Numbered from the stretch's first letter, positions 30,109 to 41,215 are shown. The stretch is 64,000 bases of DNA from Novosphingobium sp. BL-A-41-H4 (GCA_051942645.1 JBPVJP010000001.1:1054812-1118811); one strand, 5' to 3'. Notes: generated by a model not told the origin, from the sequence alone. A program made the numbers and translations.

Positions 30109-30386
30109 TAGCGCTTGCCCTTCTTGTCGGCGGCGTGGCCGGGGAAGTTGCGCGTGGGCGCAAATTCACCAAGCTTGTGGCCGACCATGTCTTCGTTGAC
30201 CGAGACGGGAATGAACTTCTGGCCGTTATAGACGTTGAACGTCAGACCGACGAACTGCGGCAGGATCGTCGAACGACGCGACCAGGTCTTGATCGGAGCG
30301 GCGCGAGTGCCGGCTTCCTGCTGGGCTTCCGCCTTCTTCAGCAGGTGCAGGTCGACGAAGGGGCCTTTCCAGACGGAGCGTGCCAT
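30108..30386 (-). CDS. rpsS: 30S ribosomal protein S19
   Basis: [18 protein letters not shown]...[12 protein letters not shown]... Confidence 0.98.
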   Translation of the reverse strand: MARSVWKGPFVDLHLLKKAEAQQEAGTRAAPIKTWSRRSTILPQFVGLTFNVYNGQKFIPVSVNEDMVGHKLGEFAPTRNFPGHAADKKGKR

Positions 30387-30392
30387 GGTGGC

Positions 30393-31229
30393 TTACCTCT
30401 TCTTCTTGGCGTGACGCGAACGGATAATCATCTTGTCCGTCTGCTTGTTGTGGCGAGTGCGGGCACCCTTGGTCGGCTTGCCCCACGGAGTGACCGGATG
30501 GCGGCCACCCGAGGTCCGGCCTTCACCACCGCCGTGCGGGTGGTCGACCGGGTTCTTGGCAACGCCGCGGGTCAGCGGGCGACGGCCCAGCCAGCGATTG
30601 CGGCCGGCCTTGCCGAGGTTCTGGTTCTGGTTGTCGGGGTTCGAAACCGCGCCAACCGTGCCCATGCAATCGCCGCGCAGGTAGCGCTGCTCGCCCGAAT
30701 TCAGGCGAACGATCACCATCCCGCGGTCACGACCGACGACCTGGACATAGGTCCCGGCCGAGCGGGCGATCTGGCCACCCTTGCCCGGCTTCATCTCCAC
30801 GTTGTGACAGATGGTGCCGACCGGCATCTGGCTCAGAAGCATGGCGTTGCCCGGCTTCACGTCGGTCTTTTCACCGGCGATCACAACGTCACCAACGGCA
30901 AGGCGCTGCGGCGCGATGATGTAGGCCTGCTCACCGTCCTCGTACTTGACGAGCGCGATGAAGGCGGTGCGGTTCGGGTCATATTCCAGACGCTCGACCG
31001 TGGCCGGCATGTCCCACTTGCGACGCTTGAAGTCGATGAAGCGGTACTTCTGCTTGTGGCCGCCGGCGATCCCGCGCGAGGTCACGTGGCCCTTGTTGTT
31101 ACGGCCACCGGTCTTGCGCTTGCCTTCGGTCAGCGCCTTGACGGGCTTGCCCTTCCACAGCGACGACTTGTCGACCAGGATCAGGCCGCGGCGGCCGGGG
31201 CTGGTCGGGTTATAGTTCTTGAGTGCCAT
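30393..31229 (-). CDS. rplB: 50S ribosomal protein L2
   Basis: [15 protein letters not shown]...[25 protein letters not shown]. Confidence 0.98.
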   Translation of the reverse strand: MALKNYNPTSPGRRGLILVDKSSLWKGKPVKALTEGKRKTGGRNNKGHVTSRGIAGGHKQKYRFIDFKRRKWDMPATVERLEYDPNRTAFIALVKYEDGEQAYIIAPQRLAVGDVVIAGEKTDVKPGNAMLLSQMPVGTICHNVEMKPGKGGQIARSAGTYVQVVGRDRGMVIVRLNSGEQRYLRGDCMGTVGAVSNPDNQNQNLGKAGRNRWLGRRPLTRGVAKNPVDHPHGGGEGRTSGGRHPVTPWGKPTKGARTRHNKQTDKMIIRSRHAKKKR

Positions 31230-31238
31230 GGTTCAGCC

Positions 31239-31544
31239 TCAGATCCCGCTGGTCACGTCGATCGACTGGCCAGCAGCCAGCGTCACAACGGCCTTCTTCA
31301 CATCCGAGCGGCGGTAGGGCTTGCCCTTCCAGCGCTTGGTCTTGCCCTTCTGGGTCAGCGTGTTCACGCTCTTGACCTTCACCCCGAACAGCGCCTCGAC
31401 GGCGGCCTTGATTTCGGGCTTGGTGGCCTTGTCAGCCACCTTGAAGACCACAGCGTTGTTCTCGCTGAGCAGCGTCGACTTTTCGGTGATGTGGGGAGCC
31501 ACGATCACGTCGTAGTGACGCGTGTCGATTGCGTCCTTAGCCAT
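31239..31544 (-). CDS. rplW: 50S ribosomal protein L23
   Basis: [14 protein letters not shown]...[18 protein letters not shown]... Confidence 0.97.
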   Translation of the reverse strand: MAKDAIDTRHYDVIVAPHITEKSTLLSENNAVVFKVADKATKPEIKAAVEALFGVKVKSVNTLTQKGKTKRWKGKPYRRSDVKKAVVTLAAGQSIDVTSGI

Positions 31545-32163
31545 TGAAACGCGCCTCCAGCTTTTCGACCGCGGCGCGCGTCAGCACCAGCGTATCATGC
31601 TTCAGGATGTCATAGACGTTCGCGCCGATGGCCGGCAGGACGTTGACGCCGACGAGGTTGGCCGAAGCGCGGGCAAAGCCCTCGTTCACGGCTTCACCGT
31701 CGATCACCAGCACCTTCTTGCCCCAGTTCGCCTTGGCGAGTTGCGCGGCAACGGCCTTGGTCTTGACGTCCTTGATGTCCAGGCTGTCGACCACGACCAG
31801 GCCTTGCTTGGCCTTGGCCGAGAGCGCCATCTTGAGACCGAGGGCACGGACCTTCTTGTTCAGCGAGACGTCGAATTCACGACGGCGGGCACCATGGGCC
31901 TTACCACCGCCGATGAACACCGGCGCCTTGCGATCGCCATGACGGGCAGTACCGCCGCCCTTCTGGCGACCGAACTTCTTGCCGGTGCGGGCAACGTCCG
32001 AGCGCTCACGGGTGGCGCGGGCGATGCCACGACGGTTTTCGAGCTGCCAGGTGACAACCCGGTGCAGGATGTCGGCGCGCGGCTCGAGCCCGAACACCGC
32101 ATCGTTGAGATCGATGTCGCCCTTGGCGGCAGTGCCATCGAGGTTGGAAAGCTTGACCTTCAC
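31537..32163 (-). CDS. rplD: 50S ribosomal protein L4
   Basis: [38 protein letters not shown]... Confidence 0.97.
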   Translation of the reverse strand: MKVKLSNLDGTAAKGDIDLNDAVFGLEPRADILHRVVTWQLENRRGIARATRERSDVARTGKKFGRQKGGGTARHGDRKAPVFIGGGKAHGARRREFDVSLNKKVRALGLKMALSAKAKQGLVVVDSLDIKDVKTKAVAAQLAKANWGKKVLVIDGEAVNEGFARASANLVGVNVLPAIGANVYDILKHDTLVLTRAAVEKLEARFNG

Positions 32164-32166
32164 GAC

Positions 32167-32925
32167 TTAGCCCTCCTGGCCTTCGGTGGCTTCGACAGCC
32201 GCGACGTCTTCCGCCGGGGTGTCGGCAGCTGCCGAGTCATTGCTGTTGGCGGCGCCCTTGAGGCCGGCCGGATAGGGAGCCTCGGCGTGACGGGCGACCT
32301 TGACGGAGTCCTTGACGGTCAGCCACGAGTTCTTCGCGCCCGGGACCGAGCCCTTGACGAAGATCAGGCCGCGTTCGTCATCGACGCGCACGATTTCCAG
32401 GTTCTGCTGGGTGCGGTTGCGATCACCCATGTGGCCGGCCATCTTCTTGTTCTTGAAGACGCGGCCCGGATCCTGGCGGTTACCGGTCGAACCGTGGGCA
32501 CGGTGGCTGATCGACACGCCGTGGGTGGCGCGCATACCGCCGAAGCCCCAGCGCTTCATCGCGCCCTGGAAGCCCTTGCCCTGGGTCGTGCCGGCCACAT
32601 CGACCAGCTGACCGGGGACAAAGTGCGAGGCGGCGATGGTGCTGCCGACTTCGAGCACGGCATCGTCTGCCACGCGGAATTCGACGACCTGCGCCTTCAG
32701 CGGCACCTGAGCCTTGGCGAAATGTTCACGCTGCGGCTTGGCAACGTTCTTCTGCTTGGCTTCGCCTGCACCCAGCTGAACCGCGACATAACCGTCGCGA
32801 TCCGCGGTGCGGACCGAAACCACCTGGCAGTCTTCCAGCGCCAGGACGGTAACCGGCACATGCCGACCGTCCTCCTGGAACAGGCGGGTCATCCCCACCT
32901 TCTTGGCGATCACGCCGGTACGCAT
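32167..32925 (-). CDS. rplC: 50S ribosomal protein L3 (Ala/acid-rich C-terminal tail)
   Basis: [16 protein letters not shown]...[15 protein letters not shown]... Confidence 0.98.
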   Translation of the reverse strand: MRTGVIAKKVGMTRLFQEDGRHVPVTVLALEDCQVVSVRTADRDGYVAVQLGAGEAKQKNVAKPQREHFAKAQVPLKAQVVEFRVADDAVLEVGSTIAASHFVPGQLVDVAGTTQGKGFQGAMKRWGFGGMRATHGVSISHRAHGSTGNRQDPGRVFKNKKMAGHMGDRNRTQQNLEIVRVDDERGLIFVKGSVPGAKNSWLTVKDSVKVARHAEAPYPAGLKGAANSNDSAAADTPAEDVAAVEATEGQEG

Positions 32926-33155
32926 GATCCGTTCTCCTACAGAGGCCTGTGGGGACCATCCCCAAAGGCGTGTTCAGCCCGAAATGTGAAGCGAGCCCCG
33001 TCCGGGCTGAGCGCCACCTTGCGGTGACAGACGGGGGACGCTTGCCCGGCCAGATTGCTCAAATGAGCGAAGCCGGAGGTATCCCTATGTCCGCGCAGGG
33101 TTTCCCCGACGTAACCGGCCGAAGCCGGAAGGTTTGGCCCGAAGGCCACTGGCGA
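32926..33155 (-). other. Unusually long (230 nt), hairpin-dense intercistronic spacer between rpsJ and rplC; candidate structured RNA or REP-like insert
   Basis: On the transcribed strand: UGGCC-UUCG-GGCCA (33135-33148), CCGGC-UUCG-GCCGG (33115-33128), CACC-GCAA-GGUG (33015-33026), AGCCC/GGGCU (32994-33008), and a 6-bp UGGGGA-UGG-UCCCCA hairpin (32950-32964). Confidence 0.4.
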
Positions 33156-33467
33156 TTAGGCCAGTTTGATCTCGACGTTCACGCCAGCAGCCAGGTCGAG
33201 CTTCATCAGCGCGTCCACGGTGGCGGCGTTCGGCTGCACGATGTCCAGCAGCCGCTTGTAAGTGCGCACCTCGAACTGCTCACGCGACTTCTTGTCGATG
33301 TGCGGGCCGCGGTTGACGCAGAACTTCTCGATCTGGGTCGGCAGAGGAATGGGGCCCCGGATCAGCGCGCCGGTACGTCGGGCGGTTTCCGCGATTTCGC
33401 CGGTCGCCTGGTCAAGCACGCGGTGATCGAATGCCTTCAGGCGAATACGGATATTCTGAGCTTCCAT
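33156..33467 (-). CDS. rpsJ: 30S ribosomal protein S10
   Basis: [29 protein letters not shown]... Confidence 0.98.
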   Translation of the reverse strand: MEAQNIRIRLKAFDHRVLDQATGEIAETARRTGALIRGPIPLPTQIEKFCVNRGPHIDKKSREQFEVRTYKRLLDIVQPNAATVDALMKLDLAAGVNVEIKLA

Positions 33468-33497
33468 TTTATCCTGCTACCGATGAGAAAGAGCAAA

Positions 33498-33563
33498 GGG
33501 GCTTGCGCCCCGACTGAATTCGAGCCGCGCCCCTACACGCGGGTCAGGATTCGTGCAAGCCCC
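33498..33563 (-). promoter_or_regulatory. Structured 5' leader of the S10 operon with a terminator-like hairpin and alternative pairing
   Basis: RNA sense: GGGGCUUGC (33563-33555) ... GGGGC-GCAA-GCCCC (33511-33498), then UUUGCUCUUUCUC, then AGGA SD and AUG 33467. The upstream 9-mer can pair with GCAAGCCCC in place of the local tetraloop hairpin. Confidence 0.4.
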
Positions 33564-33709
33564 TTTTTCGCGGATTTCCGGCCTTTCCAGCCAAGCCAGC
33601 GAACACCCCGATGGCGCGCAATAAAATAACTCGATTGAGCACCCAGGCGACATTAAGTGCTTATCGGCGCCCTGCTGTGCCGATCTGCCCTGCCCGCCTT
33701 CCTGCAACG

Positions 33710-33740
33710 AAAAAGCCCGGCTTCCTTGCGGAAGCCGGGC
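33710..33740 (-). terminator. Rho-independent terminator after tuf
   Basis: Minus sense: GCCCGGCUUCC-GCAA-GGAAGCCGGGC (11-bp stem, GNRA loop), followed by UUUUU. Confidence 0.85.
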
Positions 33741-33773
33741 CTTTCATTCCGGTGTCAGCCGAAGATCAGCGAA

Positions 33774-34964
33774 TTACTTCGTGATCTTGGCAACCACGCC
33801 CGAACCGACAGTGCGGCCGCCTTCGCGGATGGCGAAGCGAAGACCTTCGTCCATGGCGATCGGGGCGATCAGCTTGACCGACAGGGCAACGTTGTCGCCC
33901 GGCATGACCATTTCGGTGCCCTCGGGGAGGATCACTTCACCGGTCACGTCGGTGGTGCGGAAGTAGAACTGCGGGCGGTAGTTGGCGAAGAACGGCGTGT
34001 GACGGCCACCTTCATCCTTCGACAGCACGTAGACTTCGGCGCTGAATTCGGTGTGCGGGGTGACCGAGCCGGGCTTGGCCAGAACCTGGCCACGCTCAAC
34101 GTCTTCACGCTTCAGACCACGAACCAGGGCACCGATGTTGTCGCCGGCTTCACCCTGATCGAGCAGCTTGCGGAACATTTCGACGCCGGTCACGACGGTC
34201 TTCTGGGTGTCCTTGAGGCCGATCACTTCGACTTCGTCGCCAACCTTGACGATACCGGTCTCGACGCGGCCGGTCACGACGGTGCCGCGACCCGAGATCG
34301 AGAACACGTCTTCCACCGGCATCAGGAACGGCTTGTCGGTCGGACGCGGCGGCTGCGGGATGGCGGTGTCGACGGCGTTCATCAGGGCAACGATCGAGTC
34401 CTTGCCGATGTTGTCGTCGCGGCCTTCCAGAGCGGCCAGAGCCGAACCCGGGATCACGGGGATGTTGTCGCCGTCGAAGCCATACGAGCTCAGCAGCTCG
34501 CGGATTTCGAGTTCGACGAGCTCGAGGATTTCGGCGTCGTCGACCTGGTCAACCTTGTTCATGTAGACGACCAGGGCGGGCACGCCGACCTGGCGGGCCA
34601 GCAGGATGTGCTCGCGGGTCTGCGGCATCGGGCCGTCAGCAGCGTTCACCACGAGGATGGCGCCGTCCATCTGCGCCGCGCCGGTGATCATGTTCTTCAC
34701 ATAGTCGGCGTGGCCCGGGCAGTCGACGTGCGCATAGTGACGCGCAGCGGTCTCGTACTCGACGTGAGCGGTCGAGATGGTGATGCCACGCTCGCGCTCT
34801 TCGGGAGCCTTGTCGATGTTCGCGAAGTCAACGGCTTCACCGCCGTTGATTTCAGCCATGACCTTCGTGATCGCAGCGGTCAGCGTGGTCTTGCCATGGT
34901 CAACGTGACCGATGGTGCCGATGTTGCAGTGCGGCTTGGTCCGCTCAAACTTAGCCTTAGCCAT
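33774..34964 (-). CDS. tuf: elongation factor Tu
   Basis: [32 protein letters not shown]..., 396 aa. Confidence 0.99.
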   Translation of the reverse strand: MAKAKFERTKPHCNIGTIGHVDHGKTTLTAAITKVMAEINGGEAVDFANIDKAPEERERGITISTAHVEYETAARHYAHVDCPGHADYVKNMITGAAQMDGAILVVNAADGPMPQTREHILLARQVGVPALVVYMNKVDQVDDAEILELVELEIRELLSSYGFDGDNIPVIPGSALAALEGRDDNIGKDSIVALMNAVDTAIPQPPRPTDKPFLMPVEDVFSISGRGTVVTGRVETGIVKVGDEVEVIGLKDTQKTVVTGVEMFRKLLDQGEAGDNIGALVRGLKREDVERGQVLAKPGSVTPHTEFSAEVYVLSKDEGGRHTPFFANYRPQFYFRTTDVTGEVILPEGTEMVMPGDNVALSVKLIAPIAMDEGLRFAIREGGRTVGSGVVAKITK

Positions 34965-35055
34965 TGTCTCAAACCTTCTTTCGCTTGGAATTGAATCTGC
35001 GGGGTTTGGACGGCGCCCGCTGAATCAGGCGCCGCCCCTAGTATCATCTTGCCAG

Positions 35056-37128
<2,073 letters not shown>

Positions 37129-37215
37129 GGTCTGGGTGTCCTTAAGTGGGAAGGGAGCCGCTTGCTGGCCCCCGCCCCTGGTTCAATTATGTGACCGCGT
37201 TGTGACGACTTACCA

Positions 37216-37241
37216 CCCTTCGACAAGCTCAGGGCGAACGG
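37216..37241. repeat. Half-copy of a dispersed alphaproteobacterial intergenic repeat, in the rpsG-fusA spacer
   Basis: CCCTTCGACAAGCTCAGGGCGAACGG. Its reverse complement reads PFALSLSKG when translated. I recall this as a widespread intergenic repeat family in alphaproteobacteria. There is only one copy in this window, so the repeat status is from memory. Confidence 0.35.
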
Positions 37242-37255
37242 ACGTCAGCCGGCGG

Positions 37256-37726
37256 TTACCACCGGTAGTGGCTGAACGCGCGGTTCGCGTCGGCCATGCG
37301 GTGGGTGTCTTCACGCTTCTTGACCGCGTTGCCGCGGTTGTTGGCGGCATCCAGCAGCTCGCCCGACAGGCGCGCGGCCATCGTGGTCTCGCTGCGGTTG
37401 CGCGCGGCGGTGATCAGCCAGCGGATCGCCAGCGCCTGGGCGCGTTCCGGGCGAACTTCGACCGGAACCTGATAAGTCGCACCACCAACGCGGCGGCTGC
37501 GGACTTCGATCTGCGGCTTCACATTGTTCAGCGCATCGTGGAACAGCGCGATCGGATCGCTCTTGGCGCGGGTTTCCATGGTTTCGAGCGCACCATAGAC
37601 GATGCTTTCGGCAACCGACTTCTTACCGTCGAGCATGAGGTTATTCATGAACTTCGACAGAACCTGATCCTTGAACTTCGGATCGGGCAGGATTTCCCGC
37701 TTCTCGGGACGACGACGACGTGACAT
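37256..37726 (-). CDS. rpsG: 30S ribosomal protein S7
   Basis: [28 protein letters not shown]... ATG 37726 is preceded by AAGGAG. Confidence 0.98.
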   Translation of the reverse strand: MSRRRRPEKREILPDPKFKDQVLSKFMNNLMLDGKKSVAESIVYGALETMETRAKSDPIALFHDALNNVKPQIEVRSRRVGGATYQVPVEVRPERAQALAIRWLITAARNRSETTMAARLSGELLDAANNRGNAVKKREDTHRMADANRAFSHYRW

Positions 37727-37749
37727 CTTTTCTAACTCCTTCGGAGTGC

Positions 37750-37769
37750 GCGATCGCATCCGCGATCGC
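37750..37769 (-). other. Hairpin formed by two GCGATCGC octamers
   Basis: GCGATCGC-ATCC-GCGATCGC: 8-bp stem, 4-nt loop. Confidence 0.4.
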
Positions 37770-37782
37770 TTGCGGCACCGGC

Positions 37783-37843
37783 CCTCTCCCCCACCCGGGC
37801 ACCCAAAGGATACCTTCGTAAAGGTGCCCGGGTGGGGAAGAGG
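37783..37843 (-). repeat. Long GC-rich inverted repeat (REP/MITE-like hairpin) inside the rpsL-rpsG spacer
   Basis: CCTCTCCCCCACCCGGGCACC (37783-37803) pairs with GGTGCCCGGGTGGGGAAGAGG (37823-37843): 21 bp with 1 mismatch. The 19-nt loop contains its own AAGG-ATA-CCTT hairpin. Confidence 0.55.
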
Positions 37844-37861
37844 ACCGCTGCCGCGTGAACC

Positions 37862-38233
37862 TTACTTCGGACGCTTCGCGCCGTACTTCGAGCGGCTCTG
37901 CTTGCGGTCCTTGACGCCCTGGGTATCCAGCACGCCGCGCAGCACGTGATAGCGCACGCCCGGAAGGTCGCGCACACGGCCGCCGCGGATCAGCACAACG
38001 CTGTGCTCCTGCAGGTTGTGGCCTTCACCCGGAATGTACGAAATGACTTCGCGGCTGTTGGTCAGGCGGATCTTCGCCACCTTGCGCAGCGCCGAGTTCG
38101 GCTTCTTCGGGGTGGTGGTGTAAACGCGGGTGCAGACACCGCGCTTCTGCGGGTTCTGTTCCATCGCAGGGACCTTGCTCTTGGCCTTCTGCGGTTCGCG
38201 ACCCTTGCGGATCAGCTGGTTGATCGTAGGCAT
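37862..38233 (-). CDS. rpsL: 30S ribosomal protein S12
   Basis: [24 protein letters not shown]...[13 protein letters not shown] 38233; the upstream part of the track ORF is spurious. Confidence 0.98.
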   Translation of the reverse strand: MPTINQLIRKGREPQKAKSKVPAMEQNPQKRGVCTRVYTTTPKKPNSALRKVAKIRLTNSREVISYIPGEGHNLQEHSVVLIRGGRVRDLPGVRYHVLRGVLDTQGVKDRKQSRSKYGAKRPK

Positions 38234-38241
38234 GAAGTACT

Positions 38242-38277
38242 CTTCACCTTGGTTGTGGCCGCGCCAGCAAGGTGAAG
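38242..38277 (-). promoter_or_regulatory. Perfect 10-bp hairpin in the rpsL 5' leader overlapping the SD-like sequence
   Basis: CTTCACCTTG (38242-38251) pairs with CAAGGTGAAG (38268-38277). RNA sense: CUUCACCUUG-16 nt-CAAGGUGAAG-AGUACUUC-AUG. Confidence 0.4.
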
Positions 38278-38510
38278 GGCATGCGAATCGCGAATGCGCC
38301 AAACGCGGGGCCAGCCCCGCCGCGGCGATCAATCACGAGCCGAAAACGCTCCACCCGGCTGAAAAGACCGGGTTACTTTGACGGATTACCTGGCAAACCA
38401 GACGCCCCGGCAATGTTCAGCTCAAACCGGAACAGGTCCGGAAGATGCGCGGCGTTAGGGGGAAACCGGTCGAGGGTCAAGGATTAAGCGTCCTGCGCCA
38501 CCACCTGAAA

Positions 38511-40133
38511 TCAAGCTCGCTTGCCCTGCCCGCGCCGGATTTCCTCGCGGCGGGCCTTGTCCTCGCGGAAATCGGCATAGCTATCGAGCACGGCGCGCAT
38601 CTGGGTGATGGCCTTGGCCCGCGCCTCGGCATCGCGGATATTGGCGAGGCGGCGCTTCAGGCTGGTGGCGAGATCGGCATATTCGTTCTGCCAGTCGCGG
38701 CCCAGCGCGGGGCGCAGTTCGGTGCGGCCGGTCTTGATCCGCCTGGCCGGGACGCCCGGCGGCAATTCCCAGGTCTCGCCGATCTCGGGCACGATCAGCG
38801 ATTTGGCCAGGCCCTGGCTTTCCGCCAGGCGGCGCAGTTCGGCGATCGATCCGGCCTCGCCATGATCGAGGAACAGGCTGCCGGCAATCGGCGCGCGGCC
38901 CGCAATCCAGGCCAGCAGCTCGGTCTGATCGGCGTGGGCGGAATAGCTGTCGATCTCGCGGATCTGGGCGCGCACCTGCACGTCGCGCCCGGAAATGCGC
39001 ACCCGCTTGGCTCCCTCCAGAATGACCCGGCCGAGCGAGCCTTCGGCCTGGAAGCCGACGAACAGCACGGTCGAATCCCGGCGCGGCAGGTTGTGGAACA
39101 GGTGGTGGCGGATGCGTCCGGCCTCGCACATGCCCGAAGCGGCCAGGATGATCGCGCCCGAGACACTGTTGAGCCGCATCGATTCCGCCACGTCGTTGAC
39201 ATAGCGGATCGAAGGATGGCCAAACGGGTCGCGTCCATCGGTATCCTCCAGCTGGTCGGCATATTTGCGGAAGGCCAGCGTCGCCCGGTTTGCGAGCGGG
39301 GAATCGACAAAGACCATCGCCTGGCCGATCCGCCCGCTGGATGACAGCGAGGCAATGTCGAGCAGCAGTTCCTGCGTGCGTTCCAGCGCGAAGACCGGGA
39401 TGACGAGGTTGCCACCGCGCGCCCGGGCGGCAAGGATTTCCGCTTCCAGCAGCCGGCGGCGCTCTTCGATCGTCACCTTTTGACGCGCCCGGTCGCCATA
39501 AGTGCTTTCGCAGATCACGTGATCCAGCCCCGAAGGGGAATCCGGATCCAGCTGAAATGCCTTGTTGTCCGGCCCGAGATCGCCCGAGAACAGCAGGCGG
39601 GTTCCCCCGGCCTCGACCTCGACCGAGGCGGAGCCAAGGATGTGTCCGGCATTCCACAGCCGCACGCGAAAGCCCTCGGCCGGTTCGAACCAGGTGCATA
39701 GCGGAACCGGGCGGGTGAGCCGCCAGGCGGCAACGGCGTCTGCTTCGGTATAGATCGGTTCGAACGGATCGTCTCCGGCGCGGTCCCGGCGACGGTTGCG
39801 GCGCTCGGCCTCGGCCTCCTGGATGCGGCCTGCGTCGGCCAGCATGAATTCCAGCAGATCGGATGTTTCCGGGGTGCACCAGATCGCCCCCTGATAGCCT
39901 TCCTTCACCAGCCGTGGGAGCTGGCCACTGTGGTCGATGTGGGCGTGGCTCACGATCACGGCATCGAGTCCGGAGACAGCGAACGGCGGCGGCTCGTGAT
40001 TGAGGGCTTCGAGCGAGCGCGAGCCCTGGAACAGCCCGCAATCGAGCAGGACCCGCGACTTGCCATGGCGCAGTTCCAGGCAGGACCCGGTCACCGTCTG
40101 CGCCGCGCCGTGGAATGTAAGCGAAAGCGTCAT
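38511..40133 (-). CDS. MBL-fold metallo-hydrolase, beta-CASP RNA-metabolising family
   Basis: HxHxDH motif (VSHAHIDHSG), beta-CASP region, and C-terminal YSAHAD motif. ATG 40133 (MTLSLTFHGAAQTVTGS). About 85 aa of charged C-terminal extension. Confidence 0.85.
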   Translation of the reverse strand: MTLSLTFHGAAQTVTGSCLELRHGKSRVLLDCGLFQGSRSLEALNHEPPPFAVSGLDAVIVSHAHIDHSGQLPRLVKEGYQGAIWCTPETSDLLEFMLADAGRIQEAEAERRNRRRDRAGDDPFEPIYTEADAVAAWRLTRPVPLCTWFEPAEGFRVRLWNAGHILGSASVEVEAGGTRLLFSGDLGPDNKAFQLDPDSPSGLDHVICESTYGDRARQKVTIEERRRLLEAEILAARARGGNLVIPVFALERTQELLLDIASLSSSGRIGQAMVFVDSPLANRATLAFRKYADQLEDTDGRDPFGHPSIRYVNDVAESMRLNSVSGAIILAASGMCEAGRIRHHLFHNLPRRDSTVLFVGFQAEGSLGRVILEGAKRVRISGRDVQVRAQIREIDSYSAHADQTELLAWIAGRAPIAGSLFLDHGEAGSIAELRRLAESQGLAKSLIVPEIGETWELPPGVPARRIKTGRTELRPALGRDWQNEYADLATSLKRRLANIRDAEARAKAITQMRAVLDSYADFREDKARREEIRRGQGKRA

Positions 40134-40246
40134 CCCCGGTACCTCCCTCACACTGATTGTGGCGCGATCGCGAAGACCCCGCAAGTTCGTAGCTTCCCGA
40201 GCTGGCGCTAACGCGGAATTAACAGGTCAAGGCCAGACCGGGCGCC

Positions 40247-40927
40247 ATGGCTATTGCAGGACGGATCGACCCCGCCCCTTATCAGGGTGAGCGGGCTGAG
40301 CGCAGGGAACTGCTACTGGAAACGTCCGGCGAGCTGGGCGGTGTGCCCGCCAATGTGACGGTGCACAACATCTCGGCCACCGGGCTCCTGATCGAGACCG
40401 CGCAGGAACTGGCAGCAGGCGATGGCCTGCGGGTGACCCTGCCCGAAGCCGGCGCGGTTGATGCCGAGGTGGTCTGGGTGAGCGGGACATTGCGCGGCTG
40501 CCGCTTTGCCCAGCCGATCGGACGCGCCGTGCTGAGTGCGGCGCAGCTTCGCTCGGTAGTCGAACCGGCACCACAACCATCGGCTGAAGCTGCCAACGCG
40601 CCAGCCGAAATCGCTGGCGCGACACTGGGACAGCGGATTGCGGCCGCACGCCAGGCCCGGCGCTTGTCACTCGCGCAAGTGGCGGGTGCGCTCAATGTCA
40701 GCCGTCCAACCGTCTGGGCCTGGGAGCACGACCGTGCCCGACCCGCCGGTGCACGGATGACGGCACTGGCCGCCGTCCTCGGGGTCGAGCCCGAAACATT
40801 GGCCGGAACGGGTGAAGCCGTTGGCGTCTCTGGCGATCTGGCAAAGCTGGTCGATACCTCGCGCCAGCGGATCGCCGCCGCAGCGGGTGTCAGAACCGAA
40901 CGGGTACGCATCCTGATCGAGCTTTGA
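40247..40927 (+). CDS. PilZ domain - XRE-family helix-turn-helix fusion protein
   Basis: N-terminal PilZ signatures: RxxxR (RAERR) and N/DxSxxG (NISATG). C-terminal HTH: LGQRIAAARQARRLSLAQVAGALNVSRPTVWAWEHDRARP. Confidence 0.75.
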   Translation: MAIAGRIDPAPYQGERAERRELLLETSGELGGVPANVTVHNISATGLLIETAQELAAGDGLRVTLPEAGAVDAEVVWVSGTLRGCRFAQPIGRAVLSAAQLRSVVEPAPQPSAEAANAPAEIAGATLGQRIAAARQARRLSLAQVAGALNVSRPTVWAWEHDRARPAGARMTALAAVLGVEPETLAGTGEAVGVSGDLAKLVDTSRQRIAAAAGVRTERVRILIEL

Positions 40928-41030
40928 CACCCTCGCAGAGGATTACCGGCCATCGCCTCGCAAAACCCCGCTTAAATCTGCCGTGAAACATGGTAAATGA
41001 ATCTTAAGTTACTGATTCGTTGATACTTTT

Positions 41031-41049
41031 GTTAGTTTACAAAACTAAC
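41031..41049. promoter_or_regulatory. 19-bp palindrome in an AT-rich island upstream of the PAS-GGDEF gene; candidate operator
   Basis: GTTAGTTT-ACA-AAACTAAC (perfect 8-bp arms). TTGATA at 41020-41025 lies just upstream. The surrounding ~100 bp is far more AT-rich than the rest of the window. Confidence 0.3.
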
Positions 41050-41215
41050 GCAGTTCCTCGGTCAAGTAACACGAACGGGTTCGCAACAACGTCGATCGGG
41101 CGCCACCCGGTCGCCGTGGACGGCTACCCGGCACGGTCGTGTCTCAGGGGGGCGCCAGATATGGCGCAGTGTGACTCAGCCATGCCGAAGCCGCCGAGGC
41201 AGGGGCAACAAGGCA

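Noticed and set aside
32937-33149. A 70-codon minus-strand ORF (GTG start) that exactly fills the rpsJ-rplC spacer.
   Set aside because: It has no ATG or SD. By hand count, third-position GC is only ~70%, visibly lower than in neighbouring genes. It uses rare AGG codons and shows no recognisable family. The hairpin content explains the region better as RNA or a repeat. Ribosome profiling or conservation could revisit this.
37750-37769. Two GCGATCGC octamers, suggestive of a cyanobacterial HIP1-type repeat.
   Set aside because: There are only two adjacent copies forming one hairpin. No over-representation is evident elsewhere in the window, and the composition is that of an alphaproteobacterium.
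38581-40041. A 486-aa same-strand, alternate-frame ORF within the MBL/beta-CASP gene.
   Set aside because: It is a Pro/Arg/Gly-rich alternate-frame translation. The 38511-40133 frame has the HxHxDH and beta-CASP motifs.
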